Origin: Candidatus Omnitrophota bacterium
GTDB lineage: Bacteria > Omnitrophota > Gorgyraeia > Gygaellales > Profunditerraquicolaceae
DNA: 64,000 nt
Direction of reading: 5' to 3'
NCBI GenBank assembly: GCA_041663665.1
Contig: JBAYMG010000001.1
Span: 65,482 to 129,481 of the forward strand
The notes below the pieces were generated by a model that did no database searches, had not been told where the DNA came from, and saw only the letters and a program-made list of their open reading frames with translations. Made by a program: the position numbers and the translations under genes. Positions 1 to 9,433 of the stretch are shown here, piece after piece; the first letter of the stretch is position 1, and every line of letters starts with the position of its first letter.

Positions 1-225
1 AATACAGTTTCAGAGGTAGGGCCTAAAATTAAAGAAGTTATGGAATATAAGGGGCCGGTTATATGTGATGTAATGACTCCGGAGTGGCAGCTGATCATAC
101 CTAGGATTTCTTCTGAGAGGATGCCGGATGGAACTTTAGTAGCTAAACCTTATGAAGATATGTATCCTTTCTTATCGCGTAATGAGCTTAACAGAGAGAT
201 GATCGCTAAAACAGAAAAGGATTAA
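1..225 (+). CDS. C-terminal fragment (5' end outside the window) of a thiamine-PP-dependent acetolactate-synthase-like enzyme
   Basis: Open frame from base 1 with no stop. The tail GPVICDV...ERMPDGTLVAKPYEDMYP matches the typical C-terminus (GPxLxDV...PMVxxG) of ALS/YerE-like TPP enzymes. Confidence 0.4.
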   Translation, partial: NTVSEVGPKIKEVMEYKGPVICDVMTPEWQLIIPRISSERMPDGTLVAKPYEDMYPFLSRNELNREMIAKTEKD

Positions 226-1274
226 TGCAGAGCGTAATTAAAGAAGATTTAAATTTTATTGTTTCGGCAAAACTGCCTTGGGGTAAGTTGCAAGGCAAAA
301 AAGTTCTTATTACCGGGGGCAGTGGATTTTTGCCTGCCTACATGGCTGAGACAATCCTCTTTTTAAACGATCATCATTTTAAAAAAAGAGCCAAAGTTTA
401 TATTCTTGGGCGCAGTAAGGATCGGGTTTTGAGTAGATTCAGTGATTATGGAAAAAGGGGGGATTTGCAGTATATTGTTCAGGATGTGTGCATTCCTTTT
501 AAATCGAAGGAAAAATTTGATTTTATAATTCATGCAGCCAGCCAGGCAAGCCCTAAATATTTTGGCAAGGATCCTGTAGGGACATTGTCTGCCAATGTTC
601 TGGGGACTTATAACCTGCTTGAGCTTGCCAAGAAACAAAAAGTGAAAGGTTTCTTATTTTTTAGTAGCGGAGAGGTGTATGGAGAGGTTAATAATAAACA
701 AATACCCGTTAAAGAGGATTTTTATGGTTGTGTTGATCCCATTAATGTTAGGTCTTGTTATGCTGAAAGTAAAAGAATGGGAGAGACTATGTGTGTAAGC
801 TGGTTGCATCAGTATGGCGTACCGGTAAAAATTGTTCGGCCGTTTCATACTTATGGCCCAGGAATGCGCTTAGATGATGGCAGGGTATTTGCTGATTTTG
901 TTGCTGATATTGTGTTTGGCAGGAATATAGAGATGAAAAGTGACGGCAGCGCAATACGGGCTTTTTGTTATCTTGCTGATGCAACGGTTGGATTTTTTAC
1001 GGTGTTACTTAAGGGTGAAAATGGGCAAGCATATAATGTCGGCAATGAAGATGCAGAAATTAGTATTATAAATCTTGCGCGTTTACTTGCAGGTTTGTTT
1101 CCGGAAAAGAAATTGAGAGTAGAAGTAGATATGCAATATAAGAAGGCGGGATATATTAAAAGTTCCATTATTCGGAATTCTCCGGATACGCATAAATTGC
1201 GCAGCCTCGGCTGGGAACCACACTATTTACTTAAAAGCGGTTTTAAGCGTTCTATAGAAAGTTTTTATGAATAA
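225..1274 (+). CDS. NAD(P)-dependent sugar epimerase/dehydratase (extended SDR)
   Basis: N-terminal Rossmann motif VLITGGSGFL and the YAESK (YxxxK) catalytic motif. 349 aa. Confidence 0.8.
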   Translation: MQSVIKEDLNFIVSAKLPWGKLQGKKVLITGGSGFLPAYMAETILFLNDHHFKKRAKVYILGRSKDRVLSRFSDYGKRGDLQYIVQDVCIPFKSKEKFDFIIHAASQASPKYFGKDPVGTLSANVLGTYNLLELAKKQKVKGFLFFSSGEVYGEVNNKQIPVKEDFYGCVDPINVRSCYAESKRMGETMCVSWLHQYGVPVKIVRPFHTYGPGMRLDDGRVFADFVADIVFGRNIEMKSDGSAIRAFCYLADATVGFFTVLLKGENGQAYNVGNEDAEISIINLARLLAGLFPEKKLRVEVDMQYKKAGYIKSSIIRNSPDTHKLRSLGWEPHYLLKSGFKRSIESFYE

Positions 1275-2580
1275 GATTGCAAGGAAAAAAATACTTAATA
1301 ATGTTAAAGAGTTTTATCGGGCAAAAGAAAAAGAAAGTTTTATCCCTGGCAAAACTTTTATCCATTACGGGGGAAGGGTTTTTGACGAAAAAGAACTAGT
1401 CAGCTTGGTTGATTCGTCTCTTGATTTTTGGTTAACAGCGGGTAGGTATGCACAAGAATTTGAAAAAAAATTAGCAGAGTTTTTAGGATTAAAATACTGT
1501 TTATTAACTAATTCCGGTTCTTCTGCGAATCTTTTGGCTATTTCAGCATTGACATCTCCATTGTTAAAAGAAAGAGCATTGCGTCCGGGCGATGAAGTTA
1601 TAACGACTGTTTGTGGTTTTCCTACAACGCTTAATCCGATTATACAGAATCAACTGATTCCGGTTATTATTGACGTGAAACTTGGCACGTATAATATTAA
1701 CGCCGAAAAAATTGAGAAAGTAATAACTAGCAAAACTAAAGCAATTTTTGTCGCCCATACTTTGGGTAATCCCGTAGATATTGGTTTAATTTCAAAAATA
1801 GCCAAGAAATATAATCTTTGGTTTATTGAAGATAATTGTGATGCTTTGGGGTCAAAATATGATAATAAGTATACCGGTAAATTCGGACATATTTCAACCT
1901 GCAGTTTTTATCCGCCACACCATATTACAATGGGTGAAGGGGGCGCGGTTTTAACAAATGATTCCCTCCTAAAAAGAATAATATTATCTTTTCGTGACTG
2001 GGGCAGGGATTGTTGGTGTGGATCGGGACACGATAATTCATGTAACAGGAGATTTGTCCAGAAATTTGGTGATTTACCTGCTGGCTATGATCATAAGTAC
2101 GTGTATTCACATATTGGCTATAATTTAAAAGTTACCGATATGCAGGCTGCTATAGGATGTGCGCAATTAAAAAAATTGCCCAAATTCATTGAAGCAAGAA
2201 AAAAGAACTTTAAATTCCTCTATAAAGTTTTTGAAAAATATGAGGATTATTTTATACTTCCGCAGCCAGAAAAAAGATCTGATCCAAGTTGGTTCGGTTT
2301 TCCTGTTTTAGTAAAAGACAATGCTGCATTTAGAAGGGCAGATATAGTTAATTATCTGGAAAGCCATAAAATTGCTACAAGAATGTTATTTGGTGGGAAT
2401 TTATTAAAGCAGCCTGCTTATAAAGATATAAAATATAGGCTTGAAGGAAATTTAATTAATACTGATTTAGTTATGAATAATTTATTTTGGATAGGTGTTT
2501 ATCCGGGTTTAACTAAGCCGATGCTGGTGTATATAAAGAATACTGTGAGCAGCTTCTTTAGGAATAGGATAAAATTATGA
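1267..2580 (+). CDS. CDP-6-deoxy-4-keto-hexose 3-dehydrase (E1, RfbH/DdhC-like; DegT family, PMP-dependent)
   Basis: 437 aa. DegT-family fold with the E1-specific motif SFYPPHHITMGEGG, where His replaces the PLP lysine. Cys-rich segment CWCGSGHDNSC consistent with a 2Fe-2S site. Confidence 0.75.
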   Translation: MNKIARKKILNNVKEFYRAKEKESFIPGKTFIHYGGRVFDEKELVSLVDSSLDFWLTAGRYAQEFEKKLAEFLGLKYCLLTNSGSSANLLAISALTSPLLKERALRPGDEVITTVCGFPTTLNPIIQNQLIPVIIDVKLGTYNINAEKIEKVITSKTKAIFVAHTLGNPVDIGLISKIAKKYNLWFIEDNCDALGSKYDNKYTGKFGHISTCSFYPPHHITMGEGGAVLTNDSLLKRIILSFRDWGRDCWCGSGHDNSCNRRFVQKFGDLPAGYDHKYVYSHIGYNLKVTDMQAAIGCAQLKKLPKFIEARKKNFKFLYKVFEKYEDYFILPQPEKRSDPSWFGFPVLVKDNAAFRRADIVNYLESHKIATRMLFGGNLLKQPAYKDIKYRLEGNLINTDLVMNNLFWIGVYPGLTKPMLVYIKNTVSSFFRNRIKL

Positions 2581-3284
2581 AATTGAGCATAATCATCACA
2601 TGTTTCAACGAAGAGTCTACGATTCAGAAGGTTATTGAAGAAGCTAAGCAGGTAAATTTAGATAAAGAGATCATTGTCATTGATAATTGTTCTACGGATG
2701 GTACTAGGGAAATTTTAGAATCACATAGGAGTGATAATTCTTTGAGAATTATAATTCACTCAAAGAATCTAGGCGCGGGATATTCTATCCGCGAAGGGAT
2801 AGATCTAGCTAAGGGGGATTATTTTTTTGGTCCTGGAGCTGATCTTGAATATAAAATGAATGATGTCTATGAAATGGTAAAAAAACTAGAGAACGAAAAT
2901 TTCGACGCTGTATTTGGGTCGCGTTTATCTCATAGCGCGTACTGTTCTTTGAATAAATATTCTCTTATTAAGGAACGGCCATATTGGCTGGGGACTATCA
3001 TCGCAACTTTCTTAATAAATTTATTTTATTCAAGAAAGCTTACAGATATAATTGCTACAAAATTAATAAAAATATCTGTTTTGAGGAAGTTAAACTGTAG
3101 GATCTGTAATGAGGCTTCCGAGTTTGAATTAGTTAGCAGGCTATGTAAAAAAGGATATAAGATTGGAGAAGTCCCGGTATTTTATCAACCACGAACTCAC
3201 AAAGAGGGTAAGACAATCAAAGCTATTCATATGATACCCGCTCTTATAGCAATTTTTAAAATTAAATTTTTTGAAGATAAATAA
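2577..3284 (+). CDS. Glycosyltransferase family 2 (small, Dpm1/GtrB-like catalytic domain)
   Basis: IIITCFNEE...IIVIDNCSTDGT GT2 signature with DxD. 235 aa. Confidence 0.75.
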   Translation: MKLSIIITCFNEESTIQKVIEEAKQVNLDKEIIVIDNCSTDGTREILESHRSDNSLRIIIHSKNLGAGYSIREGIDLAKGDYFFGPGADLEYKMNDVYEMVKKLENENFDAVFGSRLSHSAYCSLNKYSLIKERPYWLGTIIATFLINLFYSRKLTDIIATKLIKISVLRKLNCRICNEASEFELVSRLCKKGYKIGEVPVFYQPRTHKEGKTIKAIHMIPALIAIFKIKFFEDK

Positions 3285-3293
3285 TTTTATTAT

Positions 3294-4082
3294 ATGAGAA
3301 AAATATTTTTAGTTCTATCTTTGGTTATTATATTTTTGGTTACTTTCTATTTTTTTGGGCTTTCTCCAAAATATACCGTGCCAATCCTAATGTATCATAA
3401 TATTGGACATGAAGCTGGCAGCTTTTATGTCAGCCCTGAAAATTTTGCCAAGCAAATGGAATATATTAAGAAGCACGGCTATGAGGTGATAACTTTAGAT
3501 GAATTGGTCGAGAGTACAAAAGATAAGAAACCTCTTAAGAGGAACAAGGTGGTTATTACTTTTGATGATGGTTATAAGGATAATTTTGAATATGCGTACC
3601 CGATTTTAAAAAAATATGGCTTTCCAGCTACGATATTTATAATAACGGATTTTGCAGGTAAATCTTTTGAAAACGGAAAAGAGTTTTTAAGCTGGGACCA
3701 AATTATCTTGATGTCTAGAGATAGGATTTCTCTCGGCTCGCACACTAAGACACATCTTAATCTTGGGCAGCCGATAGATGAAAAGGCGGCATTAGAAGAA
3801 ATAACCGGTTCAAAACGGGCAATTGAGCAGCAAATCAATATGCCGGTTAATTATTTTTGTTATCCCAGCGGCGCATTTTGCCAGGCATCAAAAAAAATGG
3901 TTATGGATGCAGGTTATAAGGGGGCAGTTACCACTAATCGTGGAGAAGATCGTTTTAACCGGAATATTTTTGAGCTTAAGCGTATCAAAGTAACCAATTC
4001 CGATACAGTTAAGCCCCTTAGCTTTCAGGTTAAGCTTTCAGGGTATTATAATATTTTAAGGCAGGAAAAGAAACCATACTAA
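3294..4082 (+). CDS. Polysaccharide deacetylase (NodB/CE4 family) with N-terminal TM anchor
   Basis: ITFDDGYKDN motif, His-rich NodB motifs and an N-terminal hydrophobic segment. Confidence 0.75.
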   Translation: MRKIFLVLSLVIIFLVTFYFFGLSPKYTVPILMYHNIGHEAGSFYVSPENFAKQMEYIKKHGYEVITLDELVESTKDKKPLKRNKVVITFDDGYKDNFEYAYPILKKYGFPATIFIITDFAGKSFENGKEFLSWDQIILMSRDRISLGSHTKTHLNLGQPIDEKAALEEITGSKRAIEQQINMPVNYFCYPSGAFCQASKKMVMDAGYKGAVTTNRGEDRFNRNIFELKRIKVTNSDTVKPLSFQVKLSGYYNILRQEKKPY

Positions 4083-4094
4083 GGAGATTTTAGA

Positions 4095-5327
4095 GTGCAA
4101 AAATTTATTCAGGCAATGGAAAAAATTAATTACTGGTCAATTATCCTGCTGCCGTTTTCGGTTGCGATTTCTCCAGGGGTTTCTAGTATTGTTATTAGCT
4201 TTATGGGGGTCTCATTTTTAATTGAAAAGCTGATAAAAAAAGAAAAGCTGGTTATTGTTTCTTTGCCGGTTATTATTTTTGGTATTTTTATGGCGATCGG
4301 CGCAGTTTCTTTTTTTAATTCAGTCGATGCCGGTGATAGCCTGAAAGGAATGTTTAAGCTGCTGAAATTCTTCATGATTTTTCTTATTTGCAGCCAGAAT
4401 ATTAAAGGTCGGAAACATTTTGAGAAAATAGCAATTTCGACAGCTTGCGCTATTTCGCTTATTGGCCTTGATGCTCTTTGGCAATTATATTCGGGAAGAG
4501 ATTTTATCCGTGGTAACAGCTTGCAAGGGGCTATTGGATTAGCGCGCGCAACAGCGTCTTTCCCGGGATGTAATGCGATGGGTATATATCTTACAGCTTT
4601 AACTCCGCTTATTGCCGGCTTGGCTTTATTTTCTTCGCAAGTAAAGAATAAAATATTTTTTTCTCTGGCTGCGCTAATTGGAAGCGTGGGAGTTTACCTT
4701 TCTTTATCACGCGGGGCGGGGCTAGGCCTTTTTGTAGGTATAATTTTTCTGTGTATAGTTAAGAAAAGCAAACTTATAATTGCCAGCCTTGTTTTATTAT
4801 TGGTAGCTTATTCTTTTGTGATGCCTAAGAATATTAAGGAATGGGCTAAGAGTGTTAACTTCAATCCGATGATCCTGTTGACCTGTCAGACCAGAATAAG
4901 TATTTATCAAAATACAATGAATATGATTAGTCAGCATCCGTTTATTGGTGTCGGGGTCAATACTTTTTCTAAAAATTATGGTAAATATAAAAGGGCTGAT
5001 GTTGAGGCTGTAACTAAGACCCCGGATACTATTTATGCACATAACAGCTTTTTGCAGATGGCCGGAGAAATGGGGCTGCTTGGTTTAGGGGTGTTTTTAG
5101 TCTTTTTATTTTTTGTTTTCAAATCTGCCTGGCAGGGCTTTAAGAAAAATACCGACCCATTCTTAAAAGCTTTTTCTATATCTGTGTTTGCGTCAATTTT
5201 TGCCTATTTAATTAACGGCCTTACTGAAACAAGTTTATATCATTCGCGCCTGGTAATTATTTTTTGGTTTTTAATCGGTTTAGGTTTGGCTTTGGGGAAA
5301 ATTTCAAATAGAAACCTGGAAATTTAA
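4095..5327 (+). CDS. O-antigen ligase/polymerase-like (Wzy_C) polytopic membrane protein
   Basis: Multi-TM protein with a Wzy_C-like loop (LSLSRGAGLG...), inside a glycan gene cluster. Confidence 0.6.
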   Translation: MQKFIQAMEKINYWSIILLPFSVAISPGVSSIVISFMGVSFLIEKLIKKEKLVIVSLPVIIFGIFMAIGAVSFFNSVDAGDSLKGMFKLLKFFMIFLICSQNIKGRKHFEKIAISTACAISLIGLDALWQLYSGRDFIRGNSLQGAIGLARATASFPGCNAMGIYLTALTPLIAGLALFSSQVKNKIFFSLAALIGSVGVYLSLSRGAGLGLFVGIIFLCIVKKSKLIIASLVLLLVAYSFVMPKNIKEWAKSVNFNPMILLTCQTRISIYQNTMNMISQHPFIGVGVNTFSKNYGKYKRADVEAVTKTPDTIYAHNSFLQMAGEMGLLGLGVFLVFLFFVFKSAWQGFKKNTDPFLKAFSISVFASIFAYLINGLTETSLYHSRLVIIFWFLIGLGLALGKISNRNLEI

Positions 5328-5344
5328 AATGAGGGCTTTTAAAT

Positions 5345-6013
5345 ATGCTTTCGGTTATTGTTCCGGTTTATAATGAAGTTAAAAATATTGCCCGAGTAAT
5401 TGAGAAGATTAATGCGGTGGCAATTGATAAAGAAATTATTGTTGTCGATGATAATTCTAATGATGGGACAGACAAGGTCTTGAGGGGGTTAAGTTACCCC
5501 AATTTAAAGATAGTTTACCATTCCAGCAATCGTGGTAAAGGTGGAGCTATTTTGACCGGCCTGTCTCAGGCAGATGGTGAGTATGTTATTGTTGAGGATG
5601 CTGATTTTGAGTATGACTCCGGAGATTATTTCAAGCTTTTTGATGCTATGCAAAAAGGACAAGGGGATGTAATTTTGGGCGCGCGTTTTACGGATGGTTA
5701 CTGCGGAAGATTTCTTCACAAAGCAGGGAATCGTTTTTTGACAGGATTATTGAATATGTTATTTGGTGTTAAGTTAAATGACTCCCTTACTTGCTATAAG
5801 CTTATGCGCAGAGCTGATCTTAATAATTTAGCGCTTGTTTCTAACGGTTTTGATATCGAAATTGAGATATTGGCTAAAGCAATTAAGAAGGGGATGCGTA
5901 TAGCAGAAGTTCCGGTATCATATAATCCGCGTGCTTATTCTGAAGGAAAGAAGATAAGGATAAGTGATGGATTGTGGGCGGCAATCAGGATTATTAGATT
6001 TCGATTTTTTTAA
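5345..6013 (+). CDS. Glycosyltransferase family 2 (paralog of 2577..3284)
   Basis: VIVPVYNE...IIVVDDNSNDGT. The C-terminus is similar to ORF 2577..3284 (EVPV.Y.PR...EGK.I). 222 aa. Confidence 0.75.
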   Translation: MLSVIVPVYNEVKNIARVIEKINAVAIDKEIIVVDDNSNDGTDKVLRGLSYPNLKIVYHSSNRGKGGAILTGLSQADGEYVIVEDADFEYDSGDYFKLFDAMQKGQGDVILGARFTDGYCGRFLHKAGNRFLTGLLNMLFGVKLNDSLTCYKLMRRADLNNLALVSNGFDIEIEILAKAIKKGMRIAEVPVSYNPRAYSEGKKIRISDGLWAAIRIIRFRFF

Positions 6014-6969
6014 TGCTGAAACCATTTAAAAATATATTAGTGATTCGTAGCGACAGGTTTGGTGAATTTTTGTTGAATATTCCGGCAATCCGGGCGCTAA
6101 AAGAAACGTATCCGCAGGCAAGGATCACTTTGGCGGTTGGTGCTGGAGTTTATGAGTTAGCCGGTTTGGTTGATTGTGTTGATAAAGTATTAGTTTGGGA
6201 TAATAAGTTTCGTCGTAATTTACGCCGGCAAAAGTTTGATGCTTGTGTTGTTTTAAATCCCACTAAAGAGGCGCATTGGGCTGCTTTTTGGACGGGAATT
6301 CCGGTGAAGGTTGGTTATGATCGAAAATGGGGATTTTTACTTACGCATAAAATAAAAGATACTAAGTATCTGGGTAATCGGCACGAGGTGGATTGTAATT
6401 TGGAGTTGGCGGGGTTAGTTGGAGCAAAGACACAAAATAAATCGATTTCAATCAAGGTTGGCCAAAATTATCCTTTTGCGTTTGCTGGGCAGAAAGTTAT
6501 AGCTATTCATCCGTTTACCAGTGATCCGGTTAAACAGTGGCCGAGGGATAGATTTCAGCAATTAGCAAAACGTTTATCCGATGAATTAAAAATTAAAGTG
6601 TTAATCGTTGGAAAAGAAATAGATATGGGTGAGGGGGAGTGTGGAGCGGAGTTTGATAGCTTAGGGGGTAATATAACTAACCTGGTTAACAAGACTTCAC
6701 TTGTTGAATTAGCAGGATTGCTTAGGCATTGCAGCTTGTTGATTTCCGGGGATAGCGGGCCGATGCATTTAGCCTCATCTGTGGGGACTCCGGTTGTGGC
6801 ATTATTTAGAAATGATCTACCGGGTAAAACTGCGCAGCGTTGGGGGCCGTGGGGAGAAGGGCATACAGTGATTGCAAAGAGTAAACTAGAAGATATAAGT
6901 GTGGATGAAGTGCTTAATAAGGTTAAAGATATGAAGAATAGGTTTGATTATTTGTTGAGGAAAATATGA
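6013..6969 (+). CDS. ADP-heptose:LPS heptosyltransferase (GT9)
   Basis: ILVIRSDRFGEFLLNIPAIRALKE N-terminus is typical of GT9. 318 aa. Confidence 0.75.
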   Translation: MLKPFKNILVIRSDRFGEFLLNIPAIRALKETYPQARITLAVGAGVYELAGLVDCVDKVLVWDNKFRRNLRRQKFDACVVLNPTKEAHWAAFWTGIPVKVGYDRKWGFLLTHKIKDTKYLGNRHEVDCNLELAGLVGAKTQNKSISIKVGQNYPFAFAGQKVIAIHPFTSDPVKQWPRDRFQQLAKRLSDELKIKVLIVGKEIDMGEGECGAEFDSLGGNITNLVNKTSLVELAGLLRHCSLLISGDSGPMHLASSVGTPVVALFRNDLPGKTAQRWGPWGEGHTVIAKSKLEDISVDEVLNKVKDMKNRFDYLLRKI

Positions 6970-8357
6970 CATATGCGGTTATTTTAGCAGGCGGGGTAGG
7001 AAGCAGGTTCTGGCCGTTTTCGCGGGAACTAGAGCCAAAGCAGTTTATGAAAATCATTGGTGAGGCAAGCCTGCTTGAGGCAACTGTTGCCCGTTTAAAA
7101 GGTTTAGTCGAGGCGCGGCGAACTTATATTATTACCAATAATATTTATTTTTATGAAGTTAAAGCGCAGATCGCTAAATTTGGAATTCCTGATGAAAATA
7201 TAATCTTAGAGCCAAAAGGCAAAAATACCGCACCGGCAGTCGGCCTTTGTGCAAAGTTGATTAGTAAGATTGATAAAGATGCTGTTCTTTTAGTTCTGCC
7301 TGCGGATCACTACATTAAGAATGCCGGTGATTTTAAGCGGACGCTAAAGAAGGCGGTTGCTTGCGCTCGGGAAAACTTTTTGGTTACAATCGGAGTTAAG
7401 CCGGTTGCTGCGTCTACAGGTTATGGATATATTAAGATAGAAGGTGTTAAAGGTAGAAAAAAAACCTATTTACCCGTGGATAAATTTTTAGAAAAACCGG
7501 ATTTAAGCAAAGCAAAAAAATATCTTAAGGATAAGAATTTTTATTGGAACAGCGGGATGTTTATCTGGAAGGCTTCAGTTTTCTTGGATGAAGTTAAAAG
7601 ATACCTACCTAAGTTACATGCTAATCTTGAGTTGATTAATTCAATAAATGATGTCTCTGGAGTCTGGCCGAAGATTGAGGCAATTTCGGTTGATTATGGA
7701 GTTATGGAGCATTCTAAACGGATTGCGCTTATTCCCGCTTCTTTTTATTGGACGGATTTGGGCAGTTGGGATGCGCTGGCGGAAATTTTCCCAAAGGATA
7801 AGAAGGGCAATATTTCTAATGGAGACGCCTTACATTTTGATAGTCAGGGGATATCTGTATTTACTCGCGGCAGCCGGCTGGTTTCGACGATCGGCATTAA
7901 TGATGTAGTGATTGCGGATACGCCGGATGCTTTGTTAGTTTGCGATAAAAATCGAACTCAGGATGTGAAACAGCTGGTTGAAAAATTAAAATTACTTAAG
8001 CGTAAAGAGCATCATGTACATTTGACTGAGCGCAGGCCTTGGGGGTCGTTTACGATTCTGCAGGAGGGCCTGGGGTTTAAAATTAAGCTTATTGAAATTG
8101 CGCCAAGTAAGCGGTTGAGTTTGCAAAGGCATAAAAGCCGCGCTGAGCATTGGGTGGTGGTTTCAGGTGTGGCCCGGGTAACTAGCGCAGGCAAGGTCTC
8201 TTTGGTGCGTAGTAATGAGAGTATTTATATTCCTCAAAGGGTAAAACATCGCTTAGAGAATTGCACTAGAAAGCCGGTAAGAATTGTGGAAGTGCAGACT
8301 GGTAGTTATGTTGGGGAAGATGATATTGAAAGATTTGAGGACGATTTTAAGCGATGA
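6966..8357 (+). CDS. manC: Mannose-1-phosphate guanylyltransferase / mannose-6-phosphate isomerase (bifunctional, cupin C-terminus)
   Basis: AVILAGGVGSRFWP nucleotidyltransferase N-terminus plus a C-terminal cupin. 463 aa. Confidence 0.85.
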   Translation: MTYAVILAGGVGSRFWPFSRELEPKQFMKIIGEASLLEATVARLKGLVEARRTYIITNNIYFYEVKAQIAKFGIPDENIILEPKGKNTAPAVGLCAKLISKIDKDAVLLVLPADHYIKNAGDFKRTLKKAVACARENFLVTIGVKPVAASTGYGYIKIEGVKGRKKTYLPVDKFLEKPDLSKAKKYLKDKNFYWNSGMFIWKASVFLDEVKRYLPKLHANLELINSINDVSGVWPKIEAISVDYGVMEHSKRIALIPASFYWTDLGSWDALAEIFPKDKKGNISNGDALHFDSQGISVFTRGSRLVSTIGINDVVIADTPDALLVCDKNRTQDVKQLVEKLKLLKRKEHHVHLTERRPWGSFTILQEGLGFKIKLIEIAPSKRLSLQRHKSRAEHWVVVSGVARVTSAGKVSLVRSNESIYIPQRVKHRLENCTRKPVRIVEVQTGSYVGEDDIERFEDDFKR

Positions 8358-9424
8358 AAAAAATTTTAATTATTAATCCTTTTGGCATTGGGGATATTTT
8401 GTTTACTACTCCGGTGATAAAAGCGCTTAAGCGGCAGGATCCAGCAAGTTTTATTGGTTACTGGTCAAACTTTCGGGTTAAGCCTGTTTTGGAAAATAAC
8501 CTTCAAATAAATAAGATTTTTACCGGCTCGCGCGGAGATTTAAAAAAGATTTATCAGGAATCGTTTTTTAAGGGCGTATGGATCTTCTTTGGGTTAATCT
8601 GGGAGATAAAAAAAGAGCGTTTTGATATTTGCCTTGATTTTTCACTCGATCACCGTTATAGTTTATTTGCAAAATTAATTGGTATTAAAAAGCGCATTGG
8701 ATTTAATTATAAAGAAAGAGGCAGGTTTCTTACTGACCGCGTTGATATAGATGGTTATTCTGGCAAACACGCGGTGGAATATTATTTAGAGCTATTAAAG
8801 TTTTTAGATGTTCCGGTTATTGATAAAAATTTATATTTACCGGTATCGGCACTGAGTGAATTAAAGGCCAAAGACTTACTTGCTGCATCGGGAATTGAAG
8901 AAAAAGATTTAATAATTGGCATTGTTCCGGGGGCAGGCGGGAGCTGGGGCAAGGATGCTGCTTTTAAGCATTGGCCGGCATTAAAATTTGCTCAGACAGC
9001 AGATAGGTTAGCAGAAAAATTTAATGCTAAAGTAGTTTTGCTGGGAGATGAATCAGAGCGCAAAATTGCTGAGGTAATTTTACATGCTATGCGCAATAAG
9101 CCGATAGATTTGACGGGTAAAACCGGGTTAGAGGTTCTGCCGGCAGTAATTAAAAATTTTAATTTAGTCATTACTAATGACGGCGGGCCCATGCATATGG
9201 CAGTGGCTTTGGGGGTCAAGTCAGTTTCAGTATTTGGGCCGGTGAGTGAAATAGTTTATGGGCCGTTTCCTTATAGCCAGCAACATTTAGCTTTAAAATG
9301 GGATATGCCTTGCCGGCCGTGTTATAATAATTTCCGGCTGGAGGTTTGTGATAGGGATAGAGAATGTTTAAAACAAGTTAGTGTTGATCTAGTTTTTGAT
9401 GCGGCGGTTAAACTTTTAAGTTAA
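8354..9424 (+). CDS. ADP-heptose:LPS heptosyltransferase (GT9), second copy
   Basis: ILIINPFGIGDILFTTPVIKALK N-terminus. 356 aa. Confidence 0.75.
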   Translation: MKKILIINPFGIGDILFTTPVIKALKRQDPASFIGYWSNFRVKPVLENNLQINKIFTGSRGDLKKIYQESFFKGVWIFFGLIWEIKKERFDICLDFSLDHRYSLFAKLIGIKKRIGFNYKERGRFLTDRVDIDGYSGKHAVEYYLELLKFLDVPVIDKNLYLPVSALSELKAKDLLAASGIEEKDLIIGIVPGAGGSWGKDAAFKHWPALKFAQTADRLAEKFNAKVVLLGDESERKIAEVILHAMRNKPIDLTGKTGLEVLPAVIKNFNLVITNDGGPMHMAVALGVKSVSVFGPVSEIVYGPFPYSQQHLALKWDMPCRPCYNNFRLEVCDRDRECLKQVSVDLVFDAAVKLLS

Positions 9425-9433
9425 GAGGCTTTA

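Noticed and set aside
7648-7908. 86-aa + ORF in an alternative frame inside manC
   Set aside because: It sits inside a gene with clear homology-like motifs in another frame. It has an Arg-rich composition typical of out-of-frame translation.
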